Below are positions 47,168-57,800 of a stretch of 64,000 nt of DNA, piece by piece (within the stretch, counting starts at the first letter, position 1; the number at the start of each line of letters is the position of its first letter). A program made the translations under genes and the position numbers. Below the pieces are notes generated by a model. That model was not told where the DNA came from. It saw only the letters and a list, made by a program, of their open reading frames with translations, and ran no database searches. Origin of the DNA: Pseudomonadota bacterium (GTDB lineage: Bacteria; Pseudomonadota; Alphaproteobacteria; Rhodobacterales; Rhodobacteraceae); NCBI GenBank assembly GCA_036338635.1, contig JAYZBS010000045.1, positions 4,601-68,600 of the forward strand, read 5' to 3'.

Positions 47168-49261
47168 ATGACCTCCCTCCACCCCCGCCCCCTCTTTCTT
47201 GCCGGCGCCAGCGTCTTGGCCCTGTCCTCCGGCGCCGCCTGGTCGCAGCAGGAGGTCCAGCCAATCCTTCTGGACGAGATTGTGCTGACCGCGACCTCGG
47301 ACGTCTCGGTCCAGGCAGACGGCTATGTCGGCACGCAGGCGCAGGTCGCCACCAAGTCGAACACCCCCGTGGCCGAGACGCAGCAGTCAATCTCGGTTGT
47401 GACCAGCCAGCAGATCGAGGATCAGGGCGCCCAGAACCTTGGCCAGGCGCTGAACTATACAGCGGGCGTGCTGGGCCAGCCCTTCGGCGCAGACCCGCGC
47501 TTCGACAGCCCCACAGTACGCGGTTTCGAGGCGCGCGGGTCGCAATACGTCAACGGCCTGCGTCAGCTGCGCGATTTCGGCGCTCCGGCCTATGAGGTCT
47601 ACGGCCTCCAGCAGGTCGAAGTCCTTAAGGGGCCGAACTCGTCGCTCTATGGCGCCGGATCGCCGGCGGGGATCATCAACCAGGTGCAGAAGCGTGCCCA
47701 GGATCGCGATTTCTCGGAGATCGGGGCGGGCTTCGACAGCTTCGGAAGCGCGCAGAGCTTCTTCGACGTGAACCGCGTGGCGGGCCCGGAACTCTCCTGG
47801 CGCCTGACCGGCATCCTGCGCGACAGCCAGACGCAGATCGACGAGTTGACCAACGAACGCGGCTATCTGGGTGCGGCGCTACGCTATGCACCCAGCAACG
47901 AGACGACGCTGGACGTGATCGCCTCCTATACGAAGGATTCGCCCATCTCCCCGCCGGGCGTGCCCTTTGCCCTGACGCAGGCGGGCGATGTCGAGGCGCT
48001 GCGCGAACGTTACTTTGGCGAGCCCTCCTTCGACGACAGCAACCGGGAGATGGCCAATCTGGGCGTCGAGATCAGCCACCAGCTGGACAATGGCTGGACC
48101 CTGTCGCAGGGCTTTCGGGTCGAACGGTTCGACTGGACCTATACCGGCCATTATGTCACCGGCCTGACTGCGGACGGGCAGTCGGTGACGCGCGGCGCGA
48201 ACTTCCAAGACGAATCGACCCAAGGGTTGAACTTGGACACGCGGCTGTCGAACCGCATCACTACGGGCGAGGTCACGCATGACGTGCTGGTCGGACTGGA
48301 CATCCGTCAATACGACGCCGACACGACGACGCAGTTCTTCTTCGGCCAGCCCATCGACGCGTCCGACCCGGTCTATGGTGGCCTGCCCGACGCGGAGGCG
48401 TGGTTCACCAGCTCCAGCGACCTGACCCAGAAGCAGATCGGCATCTATGCCCAGGACGAGATCACGCTCGGCAACTGGCGTGGCAGCCTGGCGTTGCGCC
48501 ATGACTGGACTGAACAGACCGGCACCGAGTTGACCAATTTTGCGGGCGGCAGCACCATCGACCAGTCTGACAGCGCCACGACTGGCCGCGTCGGTCTGGG
48601 CTATGTGATGGCGAACGGCGTGATGCCCTATGCCAGCTATTCGACCTCGTTCGACCCGACTATCGGCACCGATACCACCATCGGCGAGGCGCTGAAGCCC
48701 ACCCAGGGCAAACAGTGGGAGGTCGGCGTCAAATATCAGCCCGCGGGCTTCGACGGGCTGTTCAGCGCCGCGATCTACGACCTGACGCAGGAGAACTTGG
48801 TCCGCAACTTGGGCCAGGGCCAGAACCGCCAGGTGGGCGAGGTCCGCTCCAAGGGGCTGGAACTGGAGGCCACCGGCGCTCTGAGCGCGGATTGGGACCT
48901 GCGCGCCAGCTATGCCTTCAACGAGACCGAGCAGAAGGGCGGCCCCGAGGACGGGCTGGAGATGCCCAATGCCCCGCGCCAACTGGCCAGCCTGTGGCTG
49001 GACCGCGATTTCGGCAACGGGCTGCGCGCTGGCGGCGGCATCCGCCATATCGGCGAGCGCAAGGGCGATTTCGCCAACACCTTCGATCTGGACGCGGTCA
49101 CGCTGGTCGACTTGGCCACGACCTATACCCGCGGCAACATCGAAGCCAGCGTGAACCTGAACAACCTGACCGACGAGGTCTATCTGGCCAATTGCGGCAA
49201 TTTCGGCTGTTATTACGGCGAGGGGCGCAGCATCGCGGCCAAGGTCGCCTACACGTGGTAG
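47168..49261 (+). CDS. TonB-dependent ferric-hydroxamate siderophore receptor (FhuA-like); start may be 47147
   Basis: Signal peptide; TonB box DEIVLTA; EVLKGPNSSLYG; NLNNLTDE; terminal aromatic YTW. Confidence 0.92.
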   Translation: MTSLHPRPLFLAGASVLALSSGAAWSQQEVQPILLDEIVLTATSDVSVQADGYVGTQAQVATKSNTPVAETQQSISVVTSQQIEDQGAQNLGQALNYTAGVLGQPFGADPRFDSPTVRGFEARGSQYVNGLRQLRDFGAPAYEVYGLQQVEVLKGPNSSLYGAGSPAGIINQVQKRAQDRDFSEIGAGFDSFGSAQSFFDVNRVAGPELSWRLTGILRDSQTQIDELTNERGYLGAALRYAPSNETTLDVIASYTKDSPISPPGVPFALTQAGDVEALRERYFGEPSFDDSNREMANLGVEISHQLDNGWTLSQGFRVERFDWTYTGHYVTGLTADGQSVTRGANFQDESTQGLNLDTRLSNRITTGEVTHDVLVGLDIRQYDADTTTQFFFGQPIDASDPVYGGLPDAEAWFTSSSDLTQKQIGIYAQDEITLGNWRGSLALRHDWTEQTGTELTNFAGGSTIDQSDSATTGRVGLGYVMANGVMPYASYSTSFDPTIGTDTTIGEALKPTQGKQWEVGVKYQPAGFDGLFSAAIYDLTQENLVRNLGQGQNRQVGEVRSKGLELEATGALSADWDLRASYAFNETEQKGGPEDGLEMPNAPRQLASLWLDRDFGNGLRAGGGIRHIGERKGDFANTFDLDAVTLVDLATTYTRGNIEASVNLNNLTDEVYLANCGNFGCYYGEGRSIAAKVAYTW

Positions 49262-50142
49262 GGCGCGGAGCCCTATCACCCCGGCCCAACCGCCGCGCCG
49301 TTTTGACGGCCGTCGGCATCCTGCTGGCGGCGGGCCTGCCCCTGCGCGCGGATACGGTCCCGCGCCTGGCCGCCATAGACTGGGCGATGCTGGAAACCGC
49401 GACCGCCCTCGGCCACATGCCGGTGGCCGCGGCCGAACTGATCCGCTTTCGCGCCGACGTGGCGATCCCCGCCATCCCTGACACGGTCACCGATCTGGGC
49501 CTGCGCGGCGCGCCCAATTTCGAACTGCTGCAGCTGGTCCGCCCGACGCTGATCCTCAGCTCTCCGTACTATACCCGCTATCAGGCACGGATGGAGGCGA
49601 TCGCCCCGGTTCTGTCCCTGCCCTTCTACCTGCCCGATGAAGCGCCTCTGCCCAAGGCGATGGAGGCGCTGGACACGCTGGCCCGGCGGATCGGTGATCC
49701 TGCTTCAGGCACGCGCGCACGGGCGCGGGCCGATGCGCATCTGGACCGGCTGGCCGCGCGGGTCGCACGCCATGCGGACCGTCCGCTGGCGCTGGTCGAC
49801 ATCGGCGATGCGCGCCACCTGCGCGCATTCGGGTTCGACAGCTTGTTCGGCAGCACCCTGACCCGTATGGGCCTGCGCAACGCCTGGTCCGACGCGACGG
49901 CTTTCAGCTTCCTGGCCCCGGTGCCCCTGGAACGCTTGGCCGACATGCCCGACGCGCGGCTGGTCATTACCGGTCCCATTCCCCCGCAGGCGCGGGGCGC
50001 GCTGGCCCGCAGCCGGCTGTGGCAGGCCCTGCCGCAGGTGGCGCAGGGCCGCGTGCATCAGCTGTCGCGGATGAACGCCTTTGGCGGAGTGCCCGCCGCC
50101 CTTCATTTTGGCGACCTGCTGGCCGACGCCTTGGACGCATGA
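49255..50142 (+). CDS. fhuD: Ferric-hydroxamate periplasmic binding protein
   Basis: RR-like leader; IDWAMLETATALG; GLRGAPNFELL; start overlaps the receptor stop. Confidence 0.82.
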   Translation: MVGRGALSPRPNRRAVLTAVGILLAAGLPLRADTVPRLAAIDWAMLETATALGHMPVAAAELIRFRADVAIPAIPDTVTDLGLRGAPNFELLQLVRPTLILSSPYYTRYQARMEAIAPVLSLPFYLPDEAPLPKAMEALDTLARRIGDPASGTRARARADAHLDRLAARVARHADRPLALVDIGDARHLRAFGFDSLFGSTLTRMGLRNAWSDATAFSFLAPVPLERLADMPDARLVITGPIPPQARGALARSRLWQALPQVAQGRVHQLSRMNAFGGVPAALHFGDLLADALDA

Positions 50143-50146
50143 AGTG

Positions 50147-52102
50147 ATGACGACCCGGACCCTTGCGCCCTGTGCGGCCCTGATCGCCATGGCGCTGTGG
50201 TGGCTGGCGGCGCGCGCGCTGCCCATGCCCGCCCTGCCCTGGGACCCGCAGACGATGAGCCTGGACCAGATCCGCATGGCCTTTGGTCTGATGCCGCGCG
50301 GGGTCATCGCGCTGCTGGCGGGGGCGATGCTGGGCCTGTCGGGCGCGATCCTGCAGGTGGTGCTGCGCAACCCGGTGGCCGACCCCACGACCTTGGGCAT
50401 CAGCGCGGGCGCGCAGCTGGCGCTGGTGCTGGCCACGATCCTGCAGCCCACCCTGCTGGAAACGGGGCGCTGGCCGGTTGCCATGGCGGGCGCGGGCGCG
50501 GCCGCAGGACTGGTAATGGCCATCGGCGCGCGGCGCGCCTTCCAGCCGGTGACGATGGTCATTGCGGGCATGCTGGTCGGGCTGACAGCCAGCGCCGTCG
50601 CGGGCGCGGTTACGCTGGCGCAGGGACAGTATCTGCTGTCGCTGGTCATCTGGAACGGCGGGTCGCTGGTCCAGCAGGACTGGTCCGGGGTCGCGGCGCT
50701 GGCCGTGGTGCTGGCCCTGGGTGCGCTGGCCGCGGCGGCGCTGGCCCGGCCGCTGCGCCTGCTGTCCCTGGGGGCCGAGGGCGCGCAGGGTCTGGGCCTG
50801 AACGTGGCCGCGATGCGGCTGGCGGCGGTGACCGTCGCGGTGGTGCTGGCGGCGGCTGTGTCGGCGGAACTGGGGCTGATCGGATTCGTCGGGCTGGCCG
50901 CCCCTGCCTTGGTGCGCAGCCTGGGGGTCCGGACCATCGCCGGGCTGCTGGCGTGGTCACCGGTTCTGGGCGCGCTGATCCTGTCGATCTGCGACGGGCT
51001 GATCCTGACCCTGGCGGGCCTTGGGGCCGAAATGTTTCCCACCGGCGCGCTGACCGGCCTGGTGGGCGGGCCGCTGCTGATCTGGTTGCTGCCGCGGCTG
51101 CGCGGGACGACCCCGCCCGGCGCTGAATCGGGCGACCGCCCTGCCCCGCGGCTGACCCGCCCGGGGCCGCTGTTGGCGGCGATGTCGGTGGCCTTGGTCC
51201 TCGCAGGGCTGGTCCTGTTGTGGATCGGGCGGGTGCCGGGGGGCTGGGCGGTGCTGGACCGCGCGAACCTGGCGGCGTTTCTGCCCATGCGCCTGCCCCG
51301 CCTGCTGGCGGCGGCGGCGTCGGGGGCGGCGCTGGCGCTGGCCGGGGCGATCCTGCAGCGGCTGACCGTGAACCCCTTGGCCTCGCCCGAGGTGCTGGGC
51401 GTGTCGGGCGGCGCCTCGCTTGGCTACGCGGCGGTGGTCTTTGGCCTGGCCGCCCCTGGCGCGCTGGCGCTGGCTCTTGGGACGATGGCGGGGGGCGCGC
51501 TGGCGCTGGCGGTGCTGGTGGCCTTCACAGCGCGCCGAGACATGCCGGCGGAACGCGTGCTGCTGGCGGGCATCGCGGTGTCGGCCCTGGCCTCGGCCGT
51601 GCTGTCGGCGATGATGGCGGTGGGCGACGCGCGGGCTTGGGCCATCCTGTCCTGGCTGTCGGGATCGGCCGCCGCCGTGCCGATGGCGGGCGCCGTCGCA
51701 CTGGCCGGGCTAGCCACAGCCGTCTGGCTGGTGGCGTTGGCGCTCAGGCGCTGGCTAGCGCTGCTGCCACTTGGGGCGGGGGTCGCGCGCGGGGTGGGGC
51801 TGGGCCTGCCGCCCGCACGGCTGGCTCTGATCGTGCTGGCGGGGCTGGCCACGGGTGCCGCGACCATGGTCACCGGTCCCTTGTCCTTTGTCGGGCTGAT
51901 GGCCCCGCATCTGGCCCGCCGCGTCGGTCTGGCGCGACCCGGCGACCACTTGACCGGATCGGCGCTGATCGGGGCAGGGCTGATGCTGGCCGCCGATTTC
52001 GGCGCGCGCATGGCCGGCTTCCCCTATGAACTGCCGCTTGGGCTGTTCGCCTCGCTCATCGGGGCGCCTTGGCTGATCTGGCTGATGACGAGGCACCGAT
52101 GA
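50147..52102 (+). CDS. fhuB: Fused ferric-hydroxamate ABC permease
   Basis: Two FecCD halves: NPVADPTTLGISAG and NPLASPEVLGVSGG. Confidence 0.9.
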   Translation: MTTRTLAPCAALIAMALWWLAARALPMPALPWDPQTMSLDQIRMAFGLMPRGVIALLAGAMLGLSGAILQVVLRNPVADPTTLGISAGAQLALVLATILQPTLLETGRWPVAMAGAGAAAGLVMAIGARRAFQPVTMVIAGMLVGLTASAVAGAVTLAQGQYLLSLVIWNGGSLVQQDWSGVAALAVVLALGALAAAALARPLRLLSLGAEGAQGLGLNVAAMRLAAVTVAVVLAAAVSAELGLIGFVGLAAPALVRSLGVRTIAGLLAWSPVLGALILSICDGLILTLAGLGAEMFPTGALTGLVGGPLLIWLLPRLRGTTPPGAESGDRPAPRLTRPGPLLAAMSVALVLAGLVLLWIGRVPGGWAVLDRANLAAFLPMRLPRLLAAAASGAALALAGAILQRLTVNPLASPEVLGVSGGASLGYAAVVFGLAAPGALALALGTMAGGALALAVLVAFTARRDMPAERVLLAGIAVSALASAVLSAMMAVGDARAWAILSWLSGSAAAVPMAGAVALAGLATAVWLVALALRRWLALLPLGAGVARGVGLGLPPARLALIVLAGLATGAATMVTGPLSFVGLMAPHLARRVGLARPGDHLTGSALIGAGLMLAADFGARMAGFPYELPLGLFASLIGAPWLIWLMTRHR

Positions 52103-52866
52103 CCCTCTTCCACCTGTCCGGCCTGTCGGTCGACGTTCCCGGTCGCCGCCTGCTGGACGACATCACGCTGGACCTGCCTGCGGGCCGCACGACCGCGCTG
52201 ATCGGCCATAACGGGTCGGGCAAGTCGACGCTGCTGCGCGCGCTGGCCCGCCAGATCCCCGCCCAGGGCACCGCCACGTTCGAGGGGCGCGCCCTGACCG
52301 CCTGGCCCGCCCGCGATCTGGCCCGCCGCATGGCCTTCCTGCCCCAGACCACCCCCCCGGCCGATGGCATGCTGGTGCGCGAACTGGTGGCGCTTGGCCG
52401 CTATCCTTGGCACGGCGCTCTGGGCCGCTTTGGTCCCCCCGATCACGCCGCCGTCGCCCGCGCTCTGGTCGAATGCGGGGTCGAGGCCTTTGCCGACCGG
52501 CTGGTCGACACCCTGTCGGGCGGTGAACGCCAGCGCGCCTGGCTGGCCATGATGGTCGCGCAACAGGCAGGCACCCTGCTGCTGGACGAACCGATCAGCG
52601 CGCTGGACATCGCCCACCAGGTCGAGGTGCTGGCCCTGGTCGCCGCAATGTGCCACGACCAAGGGCGCAGTGCTGTCATCGTGCTGCATGACGTGAACAT
52701 GGCCGCGCGGTTCTGCGATCATGTCGTGGCGCTGAAAGCCGGGCAGTTGGTCTGGCAGGGCGGCCCGGACACCCTGATGCGCCCCGACACGCTGCACGAC
52801 ATCTATGGCCTGCCGATGCAGGTTTTGACCCGCCCGGACGGACGCCCCGTCGCCATTCCCGCCTGA
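52099..52866 (+). CDS. fhuC: Ferric-hydroxamate ABC ATPase
   Basis: GHNGSGKS, LSGGERQRAW, LLDEP, LHD. Confidence 0.9.
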   Translation: MTLFHLSGLSVDVPGRRLLDDITLDLPAGRTTALIGHNGSGKSTLLRALARQIPAQGTATFEGRALTAWPARDLARRMAFLPQTTPPADGMLVRELVALGRYPWHGALGRFGPPDHAAVARALVECGVEAFADRLVDTLSGGERQRAWLAMMVAQQAGTLLLDEPISALDIAHQVEVLALVAAMCHDQGRSAVIVLHDVNMAARFCDHVVALKAGQLVWQGGPDTLMRPDTLHDIYGLPMQVLTRPDGRPVAIPA

Positions 52867-52874
52867 GAGGCCGC

Positions 52875-54575
52875 ATGCTGAAAGACTTCTTTTCCTACTA
52901 TCGTCCGCATCTGGGCCTCTTCTGGCTGGATTTCGGCTGCGCCGTCATCTCGGGCCTGCTGGAACTGGCCTTTCCGCTGGCCGTCACCGCCTTCATCGAC
53001 CACCTGCTGCCGCAGGGCGACTGGACGCTGACGGTGGCCGCGGCCTGTGGTCTGCTGGCGCTGTATGCAGTCAACACCGGCCTTTTGACAGTGGTGATCT
53101 ACTGGGGGCACAAGCTGGGCATCAACATCGAGACCGCGATGCGGGCCCGCGCCTTCGACCACCTGACGCGGCTGTCCTGGCGCTGGTACGACCGTGCGCG
53201 CACCGGCAAGCTGGTCGCCCGCGTCACCCGCGACCTGGAGGAGATCGGAGAGGTCGCCCATCACGGCCCCGAGGACGCCTTTATCGCGCTGATGACCTTT
53301 GTAGGGGCCTTCGGGCTGATGTACTGGATCAACCCGCAGCTGGCGATCATCGTGGCGCTGATCGTGCCTGCCATGCTGACGCTGGTTATCGTTTATGGCG
53401 GGCGCATGACGCGGACCTGGCGCGCGATCTACTCCCGCGTGGGCGATTTCAACGTGCGCCTGGAGGAGACCTTGGGCGGCGTCCGTGTCGTGCAGGCCTT
53501 CGGCAACGAGGCGCATGAAAGCCACCTCTTCGCCGCTGACAACGCCCGCTATCGCCAGGCGAAGCTGGACGCCTATCGCGTGATGGCTGCATCCTCGGCG
53601 CTGCAATACATGGGCCTGCGGCTGGTGCAGGTGATTGTCATGGTCATGGGCGCGGGGTTCGTGCTGTCGGGCGACCTGACCACAGGCGGCTTCGTTGGGT
53701 TCCTGCTGCTGGTCAGCGTCTTTTACCGCCCGCTGGAAAAAATCGCCGCCGTCATCGAGACCTATCCCCGCGGCATCGCCGGGTTCCGTCGCTATCAGGA
53801 ACTGTTGGCGACCGATCCAGAAATCGCGGATACCCCCGACGCCACCCCCGCCCCCGCCCTGCGCGGGGACATCCGGTTCGAGGGGGTGGGCTTTGCCTAC
53901 GACCCAAACTGCCCAATCCTGTCGGGGATCGACCTGTCGATCCGCGCCGGAGAAACCGTAGCCTTTGTCGGCCCGTCGGGGGCGGGCAAGACCACGCTGC
54001 TGGCGCTGCTGCCGCGATTCTACGAGCCGACCGAGGGGAGGATCGTCGTCGACGGGCTCGCCCTGCCCGCGATGCGGCTGCACAGCCTGCGCCGCCAGAT
54101 CGGGTTGGTCAGCCAGGACGTGTTTTTGTTCGGTGGCACGCTGCGCGAGAACATTGCCTATGGTCGGCTGGATGCGACCGACATGGACATCGCGCAGGCT
54201 GCCGCCAAGGCGCAGCTGTCAGCGATGATCGAAAAATTGCCACAGGGGCTGGACACGATCGTAGGCGAACGCGGGGTGATGCTGTCGGGCGGCCAGAAAC
54301 AGCGTGTCGCAATCGCGCGGGCCTTCCTGAAGAACCCGCCGATCCTGATCCTGGACGAGGCGACCAGCGCCCTGGACAGCCAGACCGAACGTGAGATCCA
54401 GTTGGCGCTGGACGCGCTGTCGGTGGGCCGCACCACGCTGGTGATCGCCCACAGGCTTGGCACGATCCGCAACGCCGACAGGATCGTGGTGATGGACCAA
54501 GGCCGCATTGTAGAAACTGGTACCCATGTCGATCTTGTGTCGCAGGGTGGCATCTATGCCAGTCTTGCCGCCTAA
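52875..54575 (+). CDS. Fused ABC exporter (TMD + ATPase)
   Basis: TM domain followed by GPSGAGKT, LSGGQKQR, ILDEATSALD. Confidence 0.92.
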   Translation: MLKDFFSYYRPHLGLFWLDFGCAVISGLLELAFPLAVTAFIDHLLPQGDWTLTVAAACGLLALYAVNTGLLTVVIYWGHKLGINIETAMRARAFDHLTRLSWRWYDRARTGKLVARVTRDLEEIGEVAHHGPEDAFIALMTFVGAFGLMYWINPQLAIIVALIVPAMLTLVIVYGGRMTRTWRAIYSRVGDFNVRLEETLGGVRVVQAFGNEAHESHLFAADNARYRQAKLDAYRVMAASSALQYMGLRLVQVIVMVMGAGFVLSGDLTTGGFVGFLLLVSVFYRPLEKIAAVIETYPRGIAGFRRYQELLATDPEIADTPDATPAPALRGDIRFEGVGFAYDPNCPILSGIDLSIRAGETVAFVGPSGAGKTTLLALLPRFYEPTEGRIVVDGLALPAMRLHSLRRQIGLVSQDVFLFGGTLRENIAYGRLDATDMDIAQAAAKAQLSAMIEKLPQGLDTIVGERGVMLSGGQKQRVAIARAFLKNPPILILDEATSALDSQTEREIQLALDALSVGRTTLVIAHRLGTIRNADRIVVMDQGRIVETGTHVDLVSQGGIYASLAA

Positions 54576-54956
54576 GCCTTCCGATTAACTAATGGAACGA
54601 CCTTCGCAACAAAGTATCGGCCAGACAATCTGGAGCTCGGACACCGCTTACGAAGTTGCACTGGATCACTTGCCAAATTGTCGACCGGAGAGAGTGGGAG
54701 ACGACACCAGGAGGGAACGTCTCGATCCGCATAAGCCCAAAAATTGTCCGTAACACGGCCTCCGTCAAGGATAATCGCTGGCAACGGCTTTGGTATGCAC
54801 GTGATCTTGCGCGAGTTACAGGCATGCACAAGTCCATGATCCATGCAGCGGACAGCAAAGCACCGCAATCTAGACTTTTTAGTAAGTGTTTCTAACCTGC
54901 AGCCGTAACACCCGAAGCCGCCCATGATTCCGGCGTTGCGGCAGCCGAAGGACACA

Positions 54957-55643
54957 ATGATGGACAACCTCTCGCAGACCCTTTCCAGCCTGCCGCTGTT
55001 CGGTCTAATCCGTGACGGCGGCTGGACGATGTGGCTGATCGCGGCTCTCTCGGTCATCACGCTCACCATCGTCCTGTGGAGGCTCTTCGCGCTGTGGCGG
55101 CTCGGGGTCTGGGGCGGGCGCCATTCGCGCCGGGCGTTGCAGCTCTGGTCCGCCGGTCGCCCGGCCGAGGCCATTGCCAAGGTCCGCGGCCGCCCCTCGG
55201 CTCGCGCTCGCGTCGCGCAGGCGGCCATCGGCACGTCGCTGGACCCGCATTTCGATGAGGCCGCAGCGCGCGAGGAAACTGCACGGGTCGCCCGCAACAC
55301 ACTCTACCGGGCGCGCGGGGGGCTGCGGGCGCTTGAGCTGATCGCAACTATCGCGCCGCTGCTGGGCCTTCTGGGAACGGTTCTGGGGATTATCACTGCC
55401 TTCCAGGTGCTGCAGACCTCGGGCAATCAGGCCGATCCGGCCGATCTTGCGGGCGGTATCTGGGTCGCGCTGCTGACCACGGCGGCCGGCATGGCCGTGG
55501 CGATCCCGGCGGGGGTCGCGCTGTCCTGGTTTGAAAGCATTGCCGACCGCCTGCAGGCCGATCTCGAGGATCTGGCAACCCGCATCTTTGTCGCCGCTTC
55601 CGCACATGACGCCCGTCCCTTCCTGCGCGAGGCCGCGGAATGA
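54957..55643 (+). CDS. exbB: MotA/TolQ/ExbB proton channel
   Basis: IATIAPLLGLLGTVLG, GGIWVALLTTAAG. Confidence 0.9.
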   Translation: MMDNLSQTLSSLPLFGLIRDGGWTMWLIAALSVITLTIVLWRLFALWRLGVWGGRHSRRALQLWSAGRPAEAIAKVRGRPSARARVAQAAIGTSLDPHFDEAAAREETARVARNTLYRARGGLRALELIATIAPLLGLLGTVLGIITAFQVLQTSGNQADPADLAGGIWVALLTTAAGMAVAIPAGVALSWFESIADRLQADLEDLATRIFVAASAHDARPFLREAAE

Positions 55644-56038
55644 GCCTGCAGGTAGGGTTCGATCTCGGCCCGCGCCGACGCCCCCGGCGCATGTCGCTGA
55701 CGCCGATGATCGACGTCGTCTTCCTGCTGCTGATCTTTTTCATGCTTGCCTCGCGCTTTGGCATGGACGCGGTCCTCCCCATCGCGGGCGGCGCCGAAGG
55801 GGCGGGCAGCGATTGGCAGGGCGCTCCGCGCCTCGTGGACATTGCCCCGGTCGAGCTGCGCCTCAACGGCGCTCCGGTGACGCCCGAAACCCTGCCTGAG
55901 GCACTCTCCGACCTGCTGCCCAACCCCGCCGCCGCCGTGATCCTGCGCCCGCAAGAGGGAGCAGACCTCCAGCGCCTCGTCGATGTGATGGACCTGCTGA
56001 CGGCAGCGGGCCTGACGAATCTCATCCTGATCGAGTAG
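55640..56038 (+). CDS. exbD: ExbD/TolR biopolymer transporter
   Basis: SLTPMIDVVFLLLIFFML. Confidence 0.9.
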   Translation: MSLQVGFDLGPRRRPRRMSLTPMIDVVFLLLIFFMLASRFGMDAVLPIAGGAEGAGSDWQGAPRLVDIAPVELRLNGAPVTPETLPEALSDLLPNPAAAVILRPQEGADLQRLVDVMDLLTAAGLTNLILIE

Positions 56039-56042
56039 TTAG

Positions 56043-56427
56043 ATGCGCATCGACATGCCCCCAGGCGCCCGCGCGGCGAGTCCATCATCCCCATGATCAA
56101 CGTGGTCTTCCTGCTGCTGATCTTTTTCCTGCTGACTGCCCAGATCGCCCCCTCGACCCCCTTTCCGCTGACGCCGCCCGACAGCGCCTCGGACCTGCCG
56201 GCCGAGGGGCGCGACGTCCTCTTCGTTTCCGCTGACGGGGAGCTTGCTTGGAACGAGGCGAGGGGCAAGGCAGTCTGGGACGCCATCGCCGCGCGGACGG
56301 GCGAGAGCCCGCTCGAAATCCGCACCGATGCCGCGGCCGATGCCGCTGCCTTGGTCGCCCATCTGAAACGCCTGCGCGAGCTGTCGGAGAGCGGCGCGCG
56401 TCTCGTGGTCAGCGGAGGATGCCATGA
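56043..56427 (+). pseudogene. exbD: Second ExbD, frameshifted near 56060 and near its stop (~56420)
   Basis: MRIDMP|PRRPRGESIIPMINVVFLLLIFF; the C-run is one base short; the ORF reads through its expected stop. Confidence 0.75.
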
Positions 56428-57336
56428 TCTCACGCCGCACGCTGGAAACCGCCGGCTTCTTCACAATCGCTGCCGCCCTGCACGTCTCGACCGCCGCGAT
56501 CATGCTGCCCGAGCAACTGGAACGCGGCGAGCCCGCAGACGCGCCCCCCGCCGCCCTCGCGGCGGGGGGCGTCGAAGTGCAGGCGATGGTCGAGGCTTGG
56601 GAACCGCACCCGAACTAGCCGCACCCGCCGACATGCCCGAACCCATGCCCATGCCCGAGCCGGAACTGTCACCACCCGTACCGGAAGCGCCACCCGAGAT
56701 CGCACTGGCCCTCGCTCCGCCCCCGTCGATGACGCTGCCCGAAGCAGCGCCGACGCGACCCAACCTGCCCGAGCCTCCGGCCCCGCCGCGGATCAACCCG
56801 GCCCATTTGGACCTGCCTAAGCTGCAGGAACTCACCCCGCCGCAGATCGAGCCGCCCCTCGCGCTCGCCGCTTCGAACCGCCCCGAGCGACACCCGGAAC
56901 GCCGCGCCGCCCGATCTGCGCGCGACCCAGAGCCCCGCCGCCAGCAACAGGCCGAGCGCCTGTCCGCACCTGCTCCGGCCCCCTATCAAACCGGCCAAAG
57001 CGGTCAGTCCCAAGCCGCCAGCGCGGGCGGAGGCGGGGGCGGCGTCAGCGCGCCAGCCTGATGTCACAACGGGGCGGCCAGATCCGCAGCTGCATCAATC
57101 GCCGCGCCCGCGCCCCGCGCGGCCTGCGCGAGGGCGGGCAAGTCGTTCTCGCCCTGACCATCGGCCGCGACGGCGCGGTCCGCGGCGTAGGCCTGGCAGC
57201 CTCCTCGGGCCAGCCGGCTCTCGATCAGGCCGCCACCGATGCGGCCCGCCGTGCCGGCCGCTGCCCGGCCGCTCCAACGGGACTGAACGATGCGAGCTAC
57301 AGCTTCGAGCTGCCCCTCAGCCTCAACGTCAGGTGA
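56424..57336 (+). pseudogene. tonB: TonB, split into three pieces
   Basis: TM anchor with ALHVS (56424-56618); Pro-rich linker in another frame; TonB_C domain (GQIRSCI..LTIGRDG..SSGQPALDQAA) at 57061-57336. Confidence 0.82.
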
Positions 57337-57354
57337 CAGCCGCCTGCCCTATCC

Positions 57355-57407
57355 CATCTTCTGTGCCCAAATATCCTACGGGAGTGCGGGGGGTGTGAAA
57401 CCCCTGC
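57355..57407. repeat. REP-like intergenic element with GC hairpin
   Basis: CATCTTCTGTGCCCAAATATCC..GCGGGGGGTGTGAAACCCCTGC; resembles short repeats I recall from Rhodobacteraceae, but only one copy is in this window. Confidence 0.4.
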
Positions 57408-57800
57408 TTCTGCCCAAGCCGCAGGCGTGGTGCAGCACCAAGGGCCGCACCGCGTGCCCGCCCAGCCAGATAAGCGCGTCGTAAAGCGGCGAAGAGGACA
57501 AGCTTGCTTGAGCGTTCCGGTGGGCGTTGATGAGTAACCGCCTCCGACGGCATCTCTGTGCCACTGTGGAGGCGAAAAGTTTGATTTATGTCATGCTTAG
57601 CATGTGATCGACAGAATGGTTGTTTCTTCGCAATCGCTAGCATTCTTGGCCGGTCCTATGCCTGAGCAGCCTCGTGATTAGCTTCATGAACCGCAGCACT
57701 GATACCTATATGGCGAGATCAAGCATCAAGTTCTGTTTGGCGCGCTGACAGCCGGATTATTCGGATGTAGTAGTAGCAGACTCAAAGTGCGGGGGCTCGA

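Noticed and set aside
54876-54897. Irr ICE-box-like sequence TTTAGTAAGTGTTTCTAA upstream of exbB
   Set aside because: Spacing is off by two bases from TTTAGAA-N3-TTCTAAA; too weak to call.
56093-57061. 322-aa ExbD-TonB fusion protein
   Set aside because: It is a chimera of frameshifts: the segment between the ExbD and Pro-rich parts is out-of-frame TonB sequence.
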